Shown piece after piece: positions 29,367 through 39,422 of a DNA stretch of 64,000 bases. How positions within the stretch are numbered: the stretch's first letter is position 1; each line of letters starts with the position of its first letter. The notes under the pieces were generated by a model. That model saw only the letters and a list, made by a program, of their open reading frames with translations. It did no database searches and was not told the DNA's origin. Made by a program: the position numbers and the translations under genes. The stretch lies in assembly GCA_965219135.1 (NCBI GenBank), contig CBDCMV010000003.1, positions 640,616-704,615 of the forward strand, read 5' to 3'. The DNA comes from Alphaproteobacteria bacterium. GTDB taxonomy: Bacteria; Pseudomonadota; Alphaproteobacteria; VGEJ01.

Positions 29367-31564
29367 AGCTCGTCGGCTACAACGATCGCTGGAGCGCGCA
29401 GCCCGGGGAGACGGTTCGCTTCTACGTGAGCAGCCAGATCCCTCGCTATCGCGCCGATGTCGTGCGCCTGATTCACGGCGATGAGAACCCCAAGGGACCC
29501 GGTTTCAAGGAATCGCTCGTTTCCCACGGGATAGCCGGCGAATATCCGGGATCGGTCCAAGCCATCCACCCCGGCTCATACGCGGTGATCGATCCGTTCC
29601 CGGCGCTGCGCGCTTTCACGGTGCAGGCGTGGGTGTGGCCGACGCGGCCCGAGGCCGGCGTGCAAGGGATATTGAGCCGGTTGTCGGCCGACGCAGAATC
29701 GGGCTTCGGCGTCTTCATAGGCGCTGATGGCGCTCCCGAGCTGTGGCTCGGTTCACCGGGCCGGCCCACCGTGCGCGTGAGCTCGGGCCGGGCGCTGTGT
29801 CCCCGTGAGTGGGCCTTCGTCGCCGCATCCTACGATTCCGAGACGGCCGTGGTCGCCCAGGCCCCGCTTCGCTTCGACCGGCGGCCGTCTGCCGAGACGC
29901 GCCGCGAGACGAGCGTGTCTCTCGCTGACATCTCGGGTACGGATGTGCCTTTTCTCATCGGTGCGGCGTGGTTGAGGGCCGACGGGTCGCGCCGCTTCGC
30001 CGAGCATGTCTTCAACGGCAAGATCGGCGCGCCACGCGTTTTCGACCGGGCGCTTGCGCCGGCGCAGATCGGCGCACTCATGACCGAGCCCGCGGACGAG
30101 GCGCTGGCCGCCTCGGCGATCGCCGCATGGGACCTGGCCGAGGAGGCGGCATCGACACGAGTGATCGACGGCGGCCCGCACGGGCATCACGGGACGACGG
30201 TGAACCGGCCGACGCGCTGCGTCACGGGCCACAAGTGGCGCGGCGACGCGCTGCACTTCGCCGACGCGCCACACGCATACAACGCCATCTACGTTCACGA
30301 CGACGATGTCTCCGATGCGTGCTGGGAGGTGAGCCACGAGTTCACCGTTCCCGGCGATCTGCCAAGCGGCGTCTACGCCTTGCGGCTCGCGGCGGAGGAG
30401 GCCGAGGATCACGTGCCGTTCGTGGTACGCCCGCCGACGGGCCGTCCGGGCGCCGAAATCGCCCTCGTTCTGCCAACACTGAGCTATCTGGCGTATGCGA
30501 ATGAAAGCGTCGATACCGGGCGCTATGTGGCGATGGCACCGCACGTCGACATGAGCTTGCAGCCGGTGGCATACGACTACCTCGGCGCCAACTCGCTTGT
30601 CAGCACCTACGATGTGCACAGCGACGGTTCGGGCGTGTGCTTTTCCTCGCTGTTGCGCCCGGTCCTCAATTTCCGGCCCAAGTGGCGCAAACGCCTGATC
30701 GGCGCGCCACATCAGTTTCCCGCCGACCTGCACTTGGTGGATTGGCTTCACGCCAAGGGGTTTGCCGTCGACGTCCTCACCGATCACGACCTCCACCGCG
30801 AGGGCGGGGACCTCCTTTCCCCCTACAAGGCCGTCCTAACCGGGAGTCATCCCGAATACGTGAGCTCGCCGATGCTTCAAGGGTTGCGCGATTATCTCGA
30901 CGGCGGCGGCCGGCTCATGTACCTGGGCGGCAATGGCTTCTACTGGGTGTCCGCCCTCGATGAGTCGGGCACCCTGATGGAAGTACGCCGCTGGGGCGGC
31001 ACGCGCACCTGGCGTGCGGCGCCCGGCGAGTGGCAGATCAGCCTGACCGGGGAGCCGGGCGGGATATGGCGCGACCGCGGCTTCGCCCCCCAGGCGCTGG
31101 TCGGCGTCGGATTCTCCGCCCAAGGATTCGATCGCGGTACCGCCTATGTGCGGACGCCAGAAAGCTTCGATCCCCGCTTCGCCTTCATCTTCGAAGGCGT
31201 CGACGGCGAAGAGATCGGCGACATGCCGGCGCTTATCCTCAACCACGGCGCCGCGGGCTATGAAGTCGACCGTGCCGATTCAGTTCTCGGCACACCGACC
31301 AACACCGCGGTGTTGGCAACATCCAAGACGTTTAGCGATTCCTATCAGTTCGTCGTCGAGGAGGCTGGCGACTCGAACCCGTGGACGGGCGGGCTCAGCG
31401 AGCCGCGCGTGAGAGCGGACATGGCGTATCTAGAATACCCGAACGGCGGCGCCGTCTTCTCGGTGGGCTCGATCTCGTTCTGCTCGACGCTTTCCTACGA
31501 CGATTACGACAACGACATCTCGCGCATCACCGAGAACGTCCTGCGCGCGTTCACAGCGGCTTGA
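29361..31564 (+). CDS. LamG-like jellyroll plus N,N-dimethylformamidase large-subunit-like C-terminal domain protein
   Basis: GTGA overlap with the upstream gene. LamG_3 signature (FTVQAWVWP...W..VAASYD...FNGKIGAPRVFDRALAPAQIGAL). Large C-terminal domain resembling the DmfA2 family. Family assignment is from memory. Confidence 0.5.
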
Positions 31565-31568
31565 TCGG

Positions 31569-32609
31569 TCACTTCCATACCCGATCGGCGACCCGAGCGT
31601 AGTTCTCACCCAGAATGCCGCGAACATCGGTTTCGGAGTATTGGTGCTCCAAGAGGATGTCGACCAGTTCCGCCAGCTGCTCGGGCTGGATGAAGGACTG
31701 GACGGGGTGCGGCTTGCCCTCGTTCAGCGGCCAGCCGTCGGGGTTGGCGGTGAGCCAAACCAGTGCCTCCTCGGTATCCTTGACGTAGTCGATGCCGAGG
31801 CCCAGGTGCTGCGGCCCGACCAGGTTGGCCATGTAGTCGATGTGGCGGAACACGCCTTCGGGCGAGGCACCGGATTCCCCGACGAACTGACCGACGCCGT
31901 TGAGGCCGATGATGCCGCCGGTGTTTGCGCAGGCCTTGATCTGATCGTCGCGGATGTTGCGATAGTGGCGATAGACACCGAAAGCCAGGCAATGGGAGAA
32001 GATGAACGGGGTAGTCGAGACCTCCATTGCTTCCATCGAGGTGCGATAGCCGCAGTGCGCGCCGTCGACCAGCATGCCGACGCGGTTCATCTCCTCGATT
32101 ACGCGCCTACCGTAGCTACTCAGGCCCGCGTCGGTTGCCTCGGCGCACCCGTCGCCCACCTGGTTCTTGGTGTTGTACGCCATCAGCATGTGGCGGACGC
32201 CGAGATCGTAATACGTCTGCACCATCTCGATGTCGCCCTCCAGCGGATTTGTTTCCTGGAAGTGGAATGCAAGCGCGAGCTTGCCCGCTTTCTTGGCAGC
32301 GCGGATATCGGCGACGGAGTAGACCTGCGCCATCTGGTCGGCGCGCTCGCGGATGTAGGCCCGCACCTCGGAGAGGCGGTGGAGACTGCCCGCGATAGAG
32401 CCGGGAAAATCGTTGACGGTGAGCGAGATGAAGTCGACGCCGGCGTCCTTGAAACGAGGCAAGGTCTCATCGTCGCCCCAACCCGCCATCCACGGCAGTA
32501 GCATGTCCCAGACGAGGGCTTCCTCGAGCAGCGCGACCGTGCGCTCACTCGTACCCTTCGGCGCCGCCGGCGATTTTATCTTGGTCGATTTCGCCATGTT
32601 CCCTCCCAA
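31569..32609 (-). CDS. membrane dipeptidase (peptidase family M19)
   Basis: Renal-dipeptidase-family motifs (HFQETNPLEG...GVRHMLMAYNTKN...GLGIDY). Convergent with the preceding gene. Confidence 0.8.
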   Translation of the reverse strand: MGGNMAKSTKIKSPAAPKGTSERTVALLEEALVWDMLLPWMAGWGDDETLPRFKDAGVDFISLTVNDFPGSIAGSLHRLSEVRAYIRERADQMAQVYSVADIRAAKKAGKLALAFHFQETNPLEGDIEMVQTYYDLGVRHMLMAYNTKNQVGDGCAEATDAGLSSYGRRVIEEMNRVGMLVDGAHCGYRTSMEAMEVSTTPFIFSHCLAFGVYRHYRNIRDDQIKACANTGGIIGLNGVGQFVGESGASPEGVFRHIDYMANLVGPQHLGLGIDYVKDTEEALVWLTANPDGWPLNEGKPHPVQSFIQPEQLAELVDILLEHQYSETDVRGILGENYARVADRVWK

Positions 32610-32741
32610 CTCGGAATCTCTAAGCCTGATTCCGTTGTCGAATTCTGCGCGGAGTCTAGCACTATGGTCCTGCGAGGCGATGTGCTGTCTTGCTCACCGC
32701 ATCAGGAGCAGACGTTCGGCGCGCTCTCACACGACGTCAGC

Positions 32742-33074
32742 TCATCGCCATTTCCGGTCATAGCGGTGCTCGCGGATAGCCGCACGGGCAGGAACGGCTG
32801 GCGTGTTGCCCGCCCCGGCGGCTTCGTCGAGGGTCTCGAATAAGCCAAGGAAGATCTTGGCCGAGCTGCTGTTGAAGTAGATGAGTTCGAAATTGAACTG
32901 GATCTCGACGCCGTCCACGGAATCGAGATGCTCGCTCAGTTGGCCAATTACCGGTCCGTAGAACGCGGTGATGTCCTCGGGATAGGACTCGCCCTTGAGC
33001 ACGAAGACGTTCCGCTCGAAGTCAAAATCGATCTCCGGCGTACGCTGGGTGGCCTCTAATTTCATTGCTGCCAC
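32742..33074 (-). CDS. siaC: SiaC-like DUF1987 protein (partner-switch component)
   Basis: TPEIDFD...LKGESYPEDITAFYGPVIGQL...IYFNSSSAKIFLGLFETLDEA closely parallels Pseudomonas SiaC (GDSYPEN...LYLNTSSIKAMMDILDLLEEA). Lower GC than the window average. Confidence 0.7.
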   Translation of the reverse strand: MAAMKLEATQRTPEIDFDFERNVFVLKGESYPEDITAFYGPVIGQLSEHLDSVDGVEIQFNFELIYFNSSSAKIFLGLFETLDEAAGAGNTPAVPARAAIREHRYDRKWR

Positions 33075-33087
33075 GTCCTGCCCCCCT

Positions 33088-33642
33088 CTAGATATATGCT
33101 TTTAGGCAGAAGTATGAGAAGTCGTCGTCAACCCGGGCGAAATCGTAATCGAAGCCGTTCTCGGCGCGCCTGGCGATATCGATGAAGCCGACGCCGGCGC
33201 CCTTGCTGCCCTCGGGTGTTTCTCCCTTCAGGGTCTTCTTGTAGAGGGCCTTGAGGCCGTCCTTGTCTAGCTTCTGGATGTGGTCAAGGCTGGCGTCGAG
33301 ACGATTGACATCACTCTTGCGAACGAGATTGCCGCACGACACGAAGTACTTTCCGTCCACCTTGCCGACCGTCAGGACGCCGTAGAGGAGGTCCATGGAC
33401 ATGTCGGCCTGGTCCTTGGGCTCGCCCTCGGCCGAGTAGCGGATGACGTTCTGCACCTGCTCGACGAAGACCGAGAACAGACCCTTGGTCGTCCTACGAT
33501 CCGTATCCTCCAGCTCCAGCTTCCTCTTGAGGGCGCTGCCAATTCCGGTGAGTACTTCTTCGGTCACGTAGCCGCTATAGCAGAAAATGATTCCTCCTTC
33601 CTGAAGGTAGCCCCTAAAGTCGTACATATCCTTGGCCAACAT
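33088..33642 (-). CDS. siaB: SiaB-like GHKL/RsbW-type serine kinase
   Basis: ~184 aa from MLAKDMY. ATP-lid-like GAGVGFIDIARRA and N-box-like VFVEQVQNVIRYS. Immediately upstream of the siaC-like gene. Confidence 0.55.
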   Translation of the reverse strand: MLAKDMYDFRGYLQEGGIIFCYSGYVTEEVLTGIGSALKRKLELEDTDRRTTKGLFSVFVEQVQNVIRYSAEGEPKDQADMSMDLLYGVLTVGKVDGKYFVSCGNLVRKSDVNRLDASLDHIQKLDKDGLKALYKKTLKGETPEGSKGAGVGFIDIARRAENGFDYDFARVDDDFSYFCLKAYI

Positions 33643-33656
33643 GGAGTCCCGCCCCG

Positions 33657-33810
33657 TCAGATCCTGAAGCCGATCATTGAAACGTCGTCGCGACGCCGTT
33701 GGTCGCCTTGGTAGTCGATCAGCGCCTGGCGGATCCATTGTGCGGCGAAATCTTGATGTCCGCTTTCGGGAATACATTCCGGGACTACACGTTGAACGTC
33801 CGCTGGTGAG
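33657..33810 (-). pseudogene. C-terminal remnant (~50 aa) of a PP2C/SpoIIE-type phosphatase (SiaA-like)
   Basis: Ends ...ALIDYQGDQRRRDDVSMIGFRI*, the DDvTvi C-terminal PP2C motif. It shares the pattern with fragment 34732..35158. Stop lies 14 bp before the siaB-like start. The rest of the gene is absent. Confidence 0.5.
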
Positions 33811-33814
33811 CCTG

Positions 33815-33823
33815 CCCCCCCCC
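33815..33823. repeat. homopolymeric C9/G9 tract at the junction of methyltransferase stop and phosphatase remnant
   Basis: CCTGCCCCCCCCCTCACG read directly. Confidence 0.9.
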
Positions 33824-34436
33824 TCACGCCCTTCTTACCGAGACCACGTACAAGGGATCGAAGCCAGTGCCTCCTTCCACCAGCCGCTCGGTCGTGAAGT
33901 CGGCGTAGCCCCCTGCTTCGGCGAGGTAGCCAACGATGAGCTGGGCCCGCTCGGCATCCGAGCAAGCTCGCCAGACGGCCACCGCCTTCGTGGGGAACAC
34001 GCGGTTGGTATAGGCGACGTAAATGGCGCCGCCGGGCTGGAGCACCCGGGCGACATCGGCCAGCACCCGGACGGGCTGGGTAAGGTACTGAATGGAAAAC
34101 GAGATCAGGCAAGCATCGAAGCTGTCATCGGCGAAAGGAAGCGCGGGCAGGCGGTTGAGGTCCTGAACTAGTGCGCCCCTGAGCGCCGTGTTTTCGAGAA
34201 GCTCGGTGACGTTCATGCCGAGCGACAATCCTGGCGTATTCCCGGTCGTCGGGCAGGTGGGAGCGGTAGGCGGACATGAGGTCGAGGACGCGGGCGCCGG
34301 ATCTCAACACGCGGCCATAGAATTCCGTCAACGCGGCGCTCCCGTGCTCGTCCACGTGGATGACCAGCCGGGGCATGACATAGAAATCCCGGTCGTCGGA
34401 CTCGTCGACCCGCCGAAAATAATCGGGATTGCCTGA
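33824..34436 (-). pseudogene. class I SAM-dependent methyltransferase split by a frameshift near 34225
   Basis: N-terminal half (ORF 34125..34487: NPDYFRRVDESDDRDFYVMP...VLDLMSAYRSHLP) and C-terminal half (ORF 33824..34228: LGMNVTELLEN...SFDACLISFSIQYL...LQPGGAIYVAY) lie in different frames, overlapping around HLPDDREYARIV/GLSLGMN. Confidence 0.6.
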
Positions 34437-34731
34437 CATCCGCGGTGCCAGGGCGGTCTCACCTGGTGGAGGTTCGCGCCGACCCATTGCGCGCCACCTT
34501 CCGTTCCAAATCCTTCCTCACTTTGCTCATCCGGAAAACGGACGGTGCCAAGCAGGCGGGATCGTTGCCTGTCGGTGTACGATAACCGCCGACAATGTCC
34601 GCTTCTGGGCCAGTACCTGACCTTTGGACGCGGTTGCCGGAGAGTCCGCCCATGACCCCAAATCGGACATCTAGAACCGGTCGGTCCCTGCGGCACAGAA
34701 GATGGCTGCCGAGCCGCGCAAGCCGGCGCAC

Positions 34732-35158
34732 TTAGGCGAGCGTGAATCCGATCATGCAAACGTCGTCTCGTCGCATCTCCTCACCCTGGTAGGCGGCAAG
34801 TGATCCCATAAATCTGTCCTTTTGCAGCACGAACGGATCGCGATGCAGCGAGGTCATGAGTTGGGTGAATCGCTTCTTGCCGTACATGCGTCGCTTCTCC
34901 CCGCCCACCTGATCCGTGAATCCGTCGCTTGCCATATAGAAACGGTCTCCATTGGAAACGTCGATCATCCGATTCGAGAATCGTTGATTGAGGGGAACGT
35001 GCCGATATCCGATACCCAATTTGTCTCCTCTGATTTCCTGTATGTCGCTACCGTTTACCCGAAACAACGAGAAGCGGGCGCCTGCATAGGTTATCTCCCT
35101 TTTACCCGGGTCTATTCGGCAGATCCCAAGCTCCAAACCATCGTCCGACTCGCCCTCC
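34732..35158 (-). pseudogene. C-terminal ~140 aa of a PP2C/SpoIIE-type phosphatase, N-terminally truncated at the IS21 remnant
   Basis: ...DGLELGICRIDPGKREITYAGA...YMASDGFTDQVGGEKRRMYGKKRF...AAYQGEEMRRDDVCMIGFTLA*. Upstream sequence is istB-derived. Confidence 0.6.
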
Positions 35159-35159
35159 T

Positions 35160-35758
35160 TTCCGCTCTGGCTCAAGCCCGCGGTCAAGACGCTGGAGCAG
35201 TTCGACTTCGCCTTCCAGCCCAGCATCAAGCGCGAGCAGATCGAGAGCCTGCACGAGCTCGGCTTCCTCGATCGACGCGAGAACGTGATCCTGCTCGGCC
35301 CACCCGGCGTGGGCAAGACTCACCTGGCCATAAGCCTGGCCATCGCTGCGGCGCAGTCCGGACGCCGCGTCTATTACGGCACGCTCGCGGGGCTGATCGA
35401 GTCCCTCGCCGAGGCCAAGGCCGCCGGCAACCTGTCGCGCAGGCTGCGCGTGCTCACCCATCCCGCGCTCCTGGTGGTCGACGAGATCGGCTACCTCCCG
35501 GTCAACCAGGACGGCGCCGTGCTCTTCTTCCAGCTCATCAACGCCCGGCACGAGAAGGCGTCGACGGTTCTGACGTCGAACAAGGGCTTCGAGGACTGGG
35601 GCGGCGTGCTCGGCGACGAAGTGATGGCGGCCGCTCTCATCGACCGTCTGGTCCACCATTGCCATATCGTCAACATCCGCGGGAACAGTTACAGGATGCG
35701 CGATCATCAGAACCTGCTGCAGGCCGGCTCGGATCGGCGCCGCAAGAGGGCCGCGTAG
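35160..35758 (+). pseudogene. istB: IS21 helper ATPase IstB, N-terminally truncated
   Basis: Starts mid-protein at ...PLWLKPAVKTLEQFDFAFQPSIKREQIESL. Complete C-terminus. Confidence 0.7.
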
Positions 35759-35990
35759 TGGTCGCCGGCCAAAACGGCAACCGTGCCGCCCGCCCGCTGT
35801 GGATAACTGGCTTGTCGCCGCCAGACTCGTCGGCGGTCGCGTCGCCAAGCCAGTTACCCACAGCTCCACCGAGCCCAACACCCGCTTGGGGGTACGCCCC
35901 CACGCCCAAAGTATTCAATTTTCGATTGCCAGAAATGTCCAGTTTTCGTTTGCCATCGACAGCGTGCGAGGCCGCACAACGCGGTATGAC
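35160..35990 (+). mobile_element. IS21-family remnant (3' part of istB plus right-end repeats)
   Basis: IstB Walker A ILLGPPGVGKTHLA and KTLEQFDF motif. Terminal TTTTCG(A/T)TTGCCA direct repeats after the istB stop. No istA, and the istB N-terminus is missing. Right boundary is approximate. Confidence 0.6.
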
Positions 35991-36469
35991 TGCTAATGGC
36001 TATTAGCAGCGGTTCCGGCCACGCCGCTGGTACGACCGCTCTACCCCTGAGAGCCGACCCTTGAGTGGCAACGTCCCACTTTCTTTGCGTGGAGGTCCGC
36101 TCTACCTCGGACAGCTGGCGCCGCTGGGCGAGGTCTGCCAGGCCCGCTCTTGACCCTTACCGGACATTGGCGCAACGAGGGCCGCCTTCATGCGCTAATC
36201 TAATCGGACTATCTCGGGGACGGCTTTTTTGGTGTGTGCTACGGTCGGTACGTCGCGTTCCAATTGGCCGAGGCGGCGGGAAACTGTTTCGGAAAATCCT
36301 GAGCCCGATTGATGATCTGCGACCAAGAGCCGCTCCGGCGTAGGCCGGGGAAATCGATGGCCAGGAGAAAGCGACGGGAGGGGTGCGTCTGAATGGCGGA
36401 AAATCTGGGCAGATGGCCTTCGGAACGAGGGCCTATCTCCAAAATCAGGCCATCGTAAGAGGAAACTTC

Positions 36470-38959
36470 ATGACGTCTCGTATTCTGCACGCCTATGACT
36501 TTCTGGTGCTCCACAATCCTAAGTCAGTTCTGGTCGTGCTGCTGTCAATTCTGGTTTTCTTCGGTTATCACACAAAGGACTTCAAGTTAGACGCATCGGC
36601 CGACTCCTTGTTGCTGGAAGACGACGTGGACCTCAAGGTGTTCCGGAAAATCCAAGAGCGATATCCGAGTGGTGACCTACTCGTTGTGACGTACACCCCC
36701 GACAAAGACCTCTTCTCGGACCAAGCATTAGAGCCTTTGAAGCAACTGCGTGGGGAACTCGAGAAAGTCACCAGCGTGGACACGGTGCTCACGATACTCG
36801 ACGCCCCCCTTTTCAAAAGCTCGGACGTACCGTTCACGGAATTGATCAACGATATACCAAGCCTGGAAAAACCCGGTGTCGACCGGCGCAAGGCCAAAGA
36901 CGAGCTGCTCAATAGCCCCATTTACCGCGAGCTCATCGTCAGTGTAGATGGTCGAACGACCGCTTTACTGTTGGGACTAGTCGCGGATCAACAGTACAAC
37001 AGCCTACTCCAAACTCGAAATGAGCTGCGTGCCAAACAACGAAATGCCGGTCTCTCCGTCGAAGAAACTCAAACCCTGGAACGCATCACCAGCGAATACG
37101 ACCAGGCTCATGAAGCGTTAAACGAGCGGCGCCACCTCGACGTTGCACACATCAGAGACATCATCGAGCCGTACCGCCGGCATGGCGTTCTACATCTCGG
37201 CGGTCTGCCGATGATTACCGATGACTTGGTGACATTTGTGCGTAACGACCTCATTGTCTTCGGTGGTGGTGTTCTAGTGTTTCTCATTATTGTTCTCACC
37301 GTCATCCTCCTGGAATTGCGGTGGATCGTGCTCCCACTGCTCAGCTGCTTTTACGCCGGATTGATCATGGTGGGGGTACTGGGATTGATCGGTTGGAGAG
37401 TCACCGTCATCTCATCCAATTTTCTCGCCCTTATGCTGATCATCACCATCTCAATGAACATTCATTTGATCGTACGTTACCGGCAGCTCAAACGAGATCA
37501 TCCTGGTGACGATCAGTTGGCGCTGGTCAGAACCACCACGCACAAGATGGTGAAACCCTGCCTATACACCGCGCTAACTACCATCATAGGATTTAGCTCC
37601 CTGGTCGTGAGCGACATCAAGCCGGTAATCGACTTCGGATGGATGATGAGCGCCGGTTTAGCGGTGACATTTGTCACTTCGTTTCTCCTGTTCCCCACGC
37701 TGCTGTTGGTGACAGGGAAGACCGGATCCAAACCCACCTTCGACAGTGACCGTTTTCTCTTACCTGCATATCTAGCCCGTCTGACTGAGACTCAAGGCAA
37801 CAAGATCCTGGTGTTGGCGGTAACGTTGACCGTCGTGAGTGCAGTGGGAATCACCCAGCTGCGTGTCGAGAACAGTTTCATCAACTACTTTAGCGACGAC
37901 ACAGAGATATATCAAGGTCTCAAGCTCATCGATGAAAAACTCGGTGGCACTACGCCGCTGGAAATACTGATAAAATTCTCGGACGACTCTGACCTCTTCC
38001 TGACGGCCGAGGACCTTGAAGGGTTGACTGATGCGGAGACACAAATGGAGCGTGAGTACGCGGAATTACACGCCAACTCACCGGAGTATTGGTTTACCGC
38101 CGACAAAGTCGAGCGCATCAAAAAAGTACACGACTACCTCGATGGACTGCCCGAAATCGGCAAAGTGCTCTCGCTCGCTTCGGCGGTGAGGGTTGGCGAA
38201 GTCTTGGCCGAAGAGGAGCTGGACAACTTGCAGCTGGCAATCCTGTATACCAAGATTCCCCCTGAGGTAAGAAAGCGTATCATCGACCCTTATGTCTCCA
38301 TTGATGCCAATGAGGCACGGCTCTTTGCGCGTGTGTCGGATTCGAATCCGGATTTGCGCCGCAATGAGTTGCTGGAGACAGTGCGGCGCGATTTAAGGGA
38401 GAAGCTCGGATTTGAGGAGCAGGACGTCATCGTGAGTGGACTGCTAGTGCTCTACAACAATATGCTCCAAAGTTTATTCAGTTCGCAGATTAAAACCATT
38501 GGTGTTGTGATGCTGGGTATTGGGGTCATGTTCCTAGTATTGTTCCGATCGATCACCTTGTCGATTATCGGCGTTCTGCCAAACTTACTAGGTGCCGCGG
38601 TGGTTTTGGCTGTGATGGGATGGGCGAAAATCCCCATGAACATGATGACCATCACGATCGCCGCCATCACCATCGGTATCGCGGTAGACAATGGTATCCA
38701 CTACATCTACCGCTTCAGAGAAGAATACGCACTTAATAACAATTATGTGGAGACTCTGCACGTTTGTCATTCCAATATCGGAAAAGCGGTGTTCTACACG
38801 ACCATGACCATCATCTTCGGCTTCTCCATTTTAGCGTTTTCCAACTTCATCCCCACTATTTATTTCGGTGTGTTAACCGCGTCGGCAATGTTCATCGCCC
38901 TTTTGGCGGCACTCACGGTGCTGCCAAAGCTTATTTTGCTGTGGAAGCCATTCGGTTGA
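36470..38959 (+). CDS. MMPL/RND-superfamily transporter (HpnN-like, 12 transmembrane segments with two periplasmic loops)
   Basis: ~830 aa. Two repeats of one transmembrane helix plus large loop plus five helices. Sterol-sensing-domain-like segments. RBS AAGAGGAAAC before the ATG at 36470. GC (~50%) is conspicuously lower than the flanking DNA. Confidence 0.7.
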   Translation: MTSRILHAYDFLVLHNPKSVLVVLLSILVFFGYHTKDFKLDASADSLLLEDDVDLKVFRKIQERYPSGDLLVVTYTPDKDLFSDQALEPLKQLRGELEKVTSVDTVLTILDAPLFKSSDVPFTELINDIPSLEKPGVDRRKAKDELLNSPIYRELIVSVDGRTTALLLGLVADQQYNSLLQTRNELRAKQRNAGLSVEETQTLERITSEYDQAHEALNERRHLDVAHIRDIIEPYRRHGVLHLGGLPMITDDLVTFVRNDLIVFGGGVLVFLIIVLTVILLELRWIVLPLLSCFYAGLIMVGVLGLIGWRVTVISSNFLALMLIITISMNIHLIVRYRQLKRDHPGDDQLALVRTTTHKMVKPCLYTALTTIIGFSSLVVSDIKPVIDFGWMMSAGLAVTFVTSFLLFPTLLLVTGKTGSKPTFDSDRFLLPAYLARLTETQGNKILVLAVTLTVVSAVGITQLRVENSFINYFSDDTEIYQGLKLIDEKLGGTTPLEILIKFSDDSDLFLTAEDLEGLTDAETQMEREYAELHANSPEYWFTADKVERIKKVHDYLDGLPEIGKVLSLASAVRVGEVLAEEELDNLQLAILYTKIPPEVRKRIIDPYVSIDANEARLFARVSDSNPDLRRNELLETVRRDLREKLGFEEQDVIVSGLLVLYNNMLQSLFSSQIKTIGVVMLGIGVMFLVLFRSITLSIIGVLPNLLGAAVVLAVMGWAKIPMNMMTITIAAITIGIAVDNGIHYIYRFREEYALNNNYVETLHVCHSNIGKAVFYTTMTIIFGFSILAFSNFIPTIYFGVLTASAMFIALLAALTVLPKLILLWKPFG

Positions 38960-39188
38960 TGTCGGATAAAACGAACGCAAGGTTCGAGGCGGTAAGTGGC
39001 ATCAAGGGCAGTACGTGATTGAGCCATTTCGGAGGTCGCCTTTCGATTCTTTGGCAGCGTGTTCCTCGTGAAAACCTCGACCCCGCGGGAACCTTGGGTT
39101 TTGCTGCGAACGCCGGATACCTTCTCCGGCATGCGAACGATAGCCTTTCAGGACAGCGCCAACGCGAGGCACAGTGAGGCTGGGACCG

Positions 39189-39422
39189 ATGACCACGACC
39201 AAGCTGAATTGGTTGCTGGTTCGCCTAGTGCTGTTCGGGGGAATCGCTTATTGGCTCATGTACGCCCCCAACCAGGGGGCAAAGTGGGAGAGCTACATCT
39301 CCGCCGCTCTACAGGCGTACCAGCAAGCCGACTACGCTGAAGCCGAGAAGCAATTAGAGGCCGCGCTGAAGGAGGCGGAAACGTTTGGGCCTGATGACGT
39401 ACAACTAGTGGATCGAATCTAA
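39189..39422 (+). CDS. small membrane-anchored TPR-like protein, apparently truncated by the IS630 insertion
   Basis: N-terminal transmembrane helix (LNWLLVRLVLFGGIAYWLMY), then AYQQADYAEAEKQLEAALKEAE TPR-like helix. The ORF terminates inside the IS630 terminal repeat. Confidence 0.35.
   Translation: MTTTKLNWLLVRLVLFGGIAYWLMYAPNQGAKWESYISAALQAYQQADYAEAEKQLEAALKEAETFGPDDVQLVDRI

Noticed and set aside
36065-36343. 92-aa ORF between the IS21 remnant and the MMPL gene
   Set aside because: No recognisable motifs, Arg-rich composition, no RBS. The interval is more likely promoter or leader for the transporter gene, or IS-derived junk.
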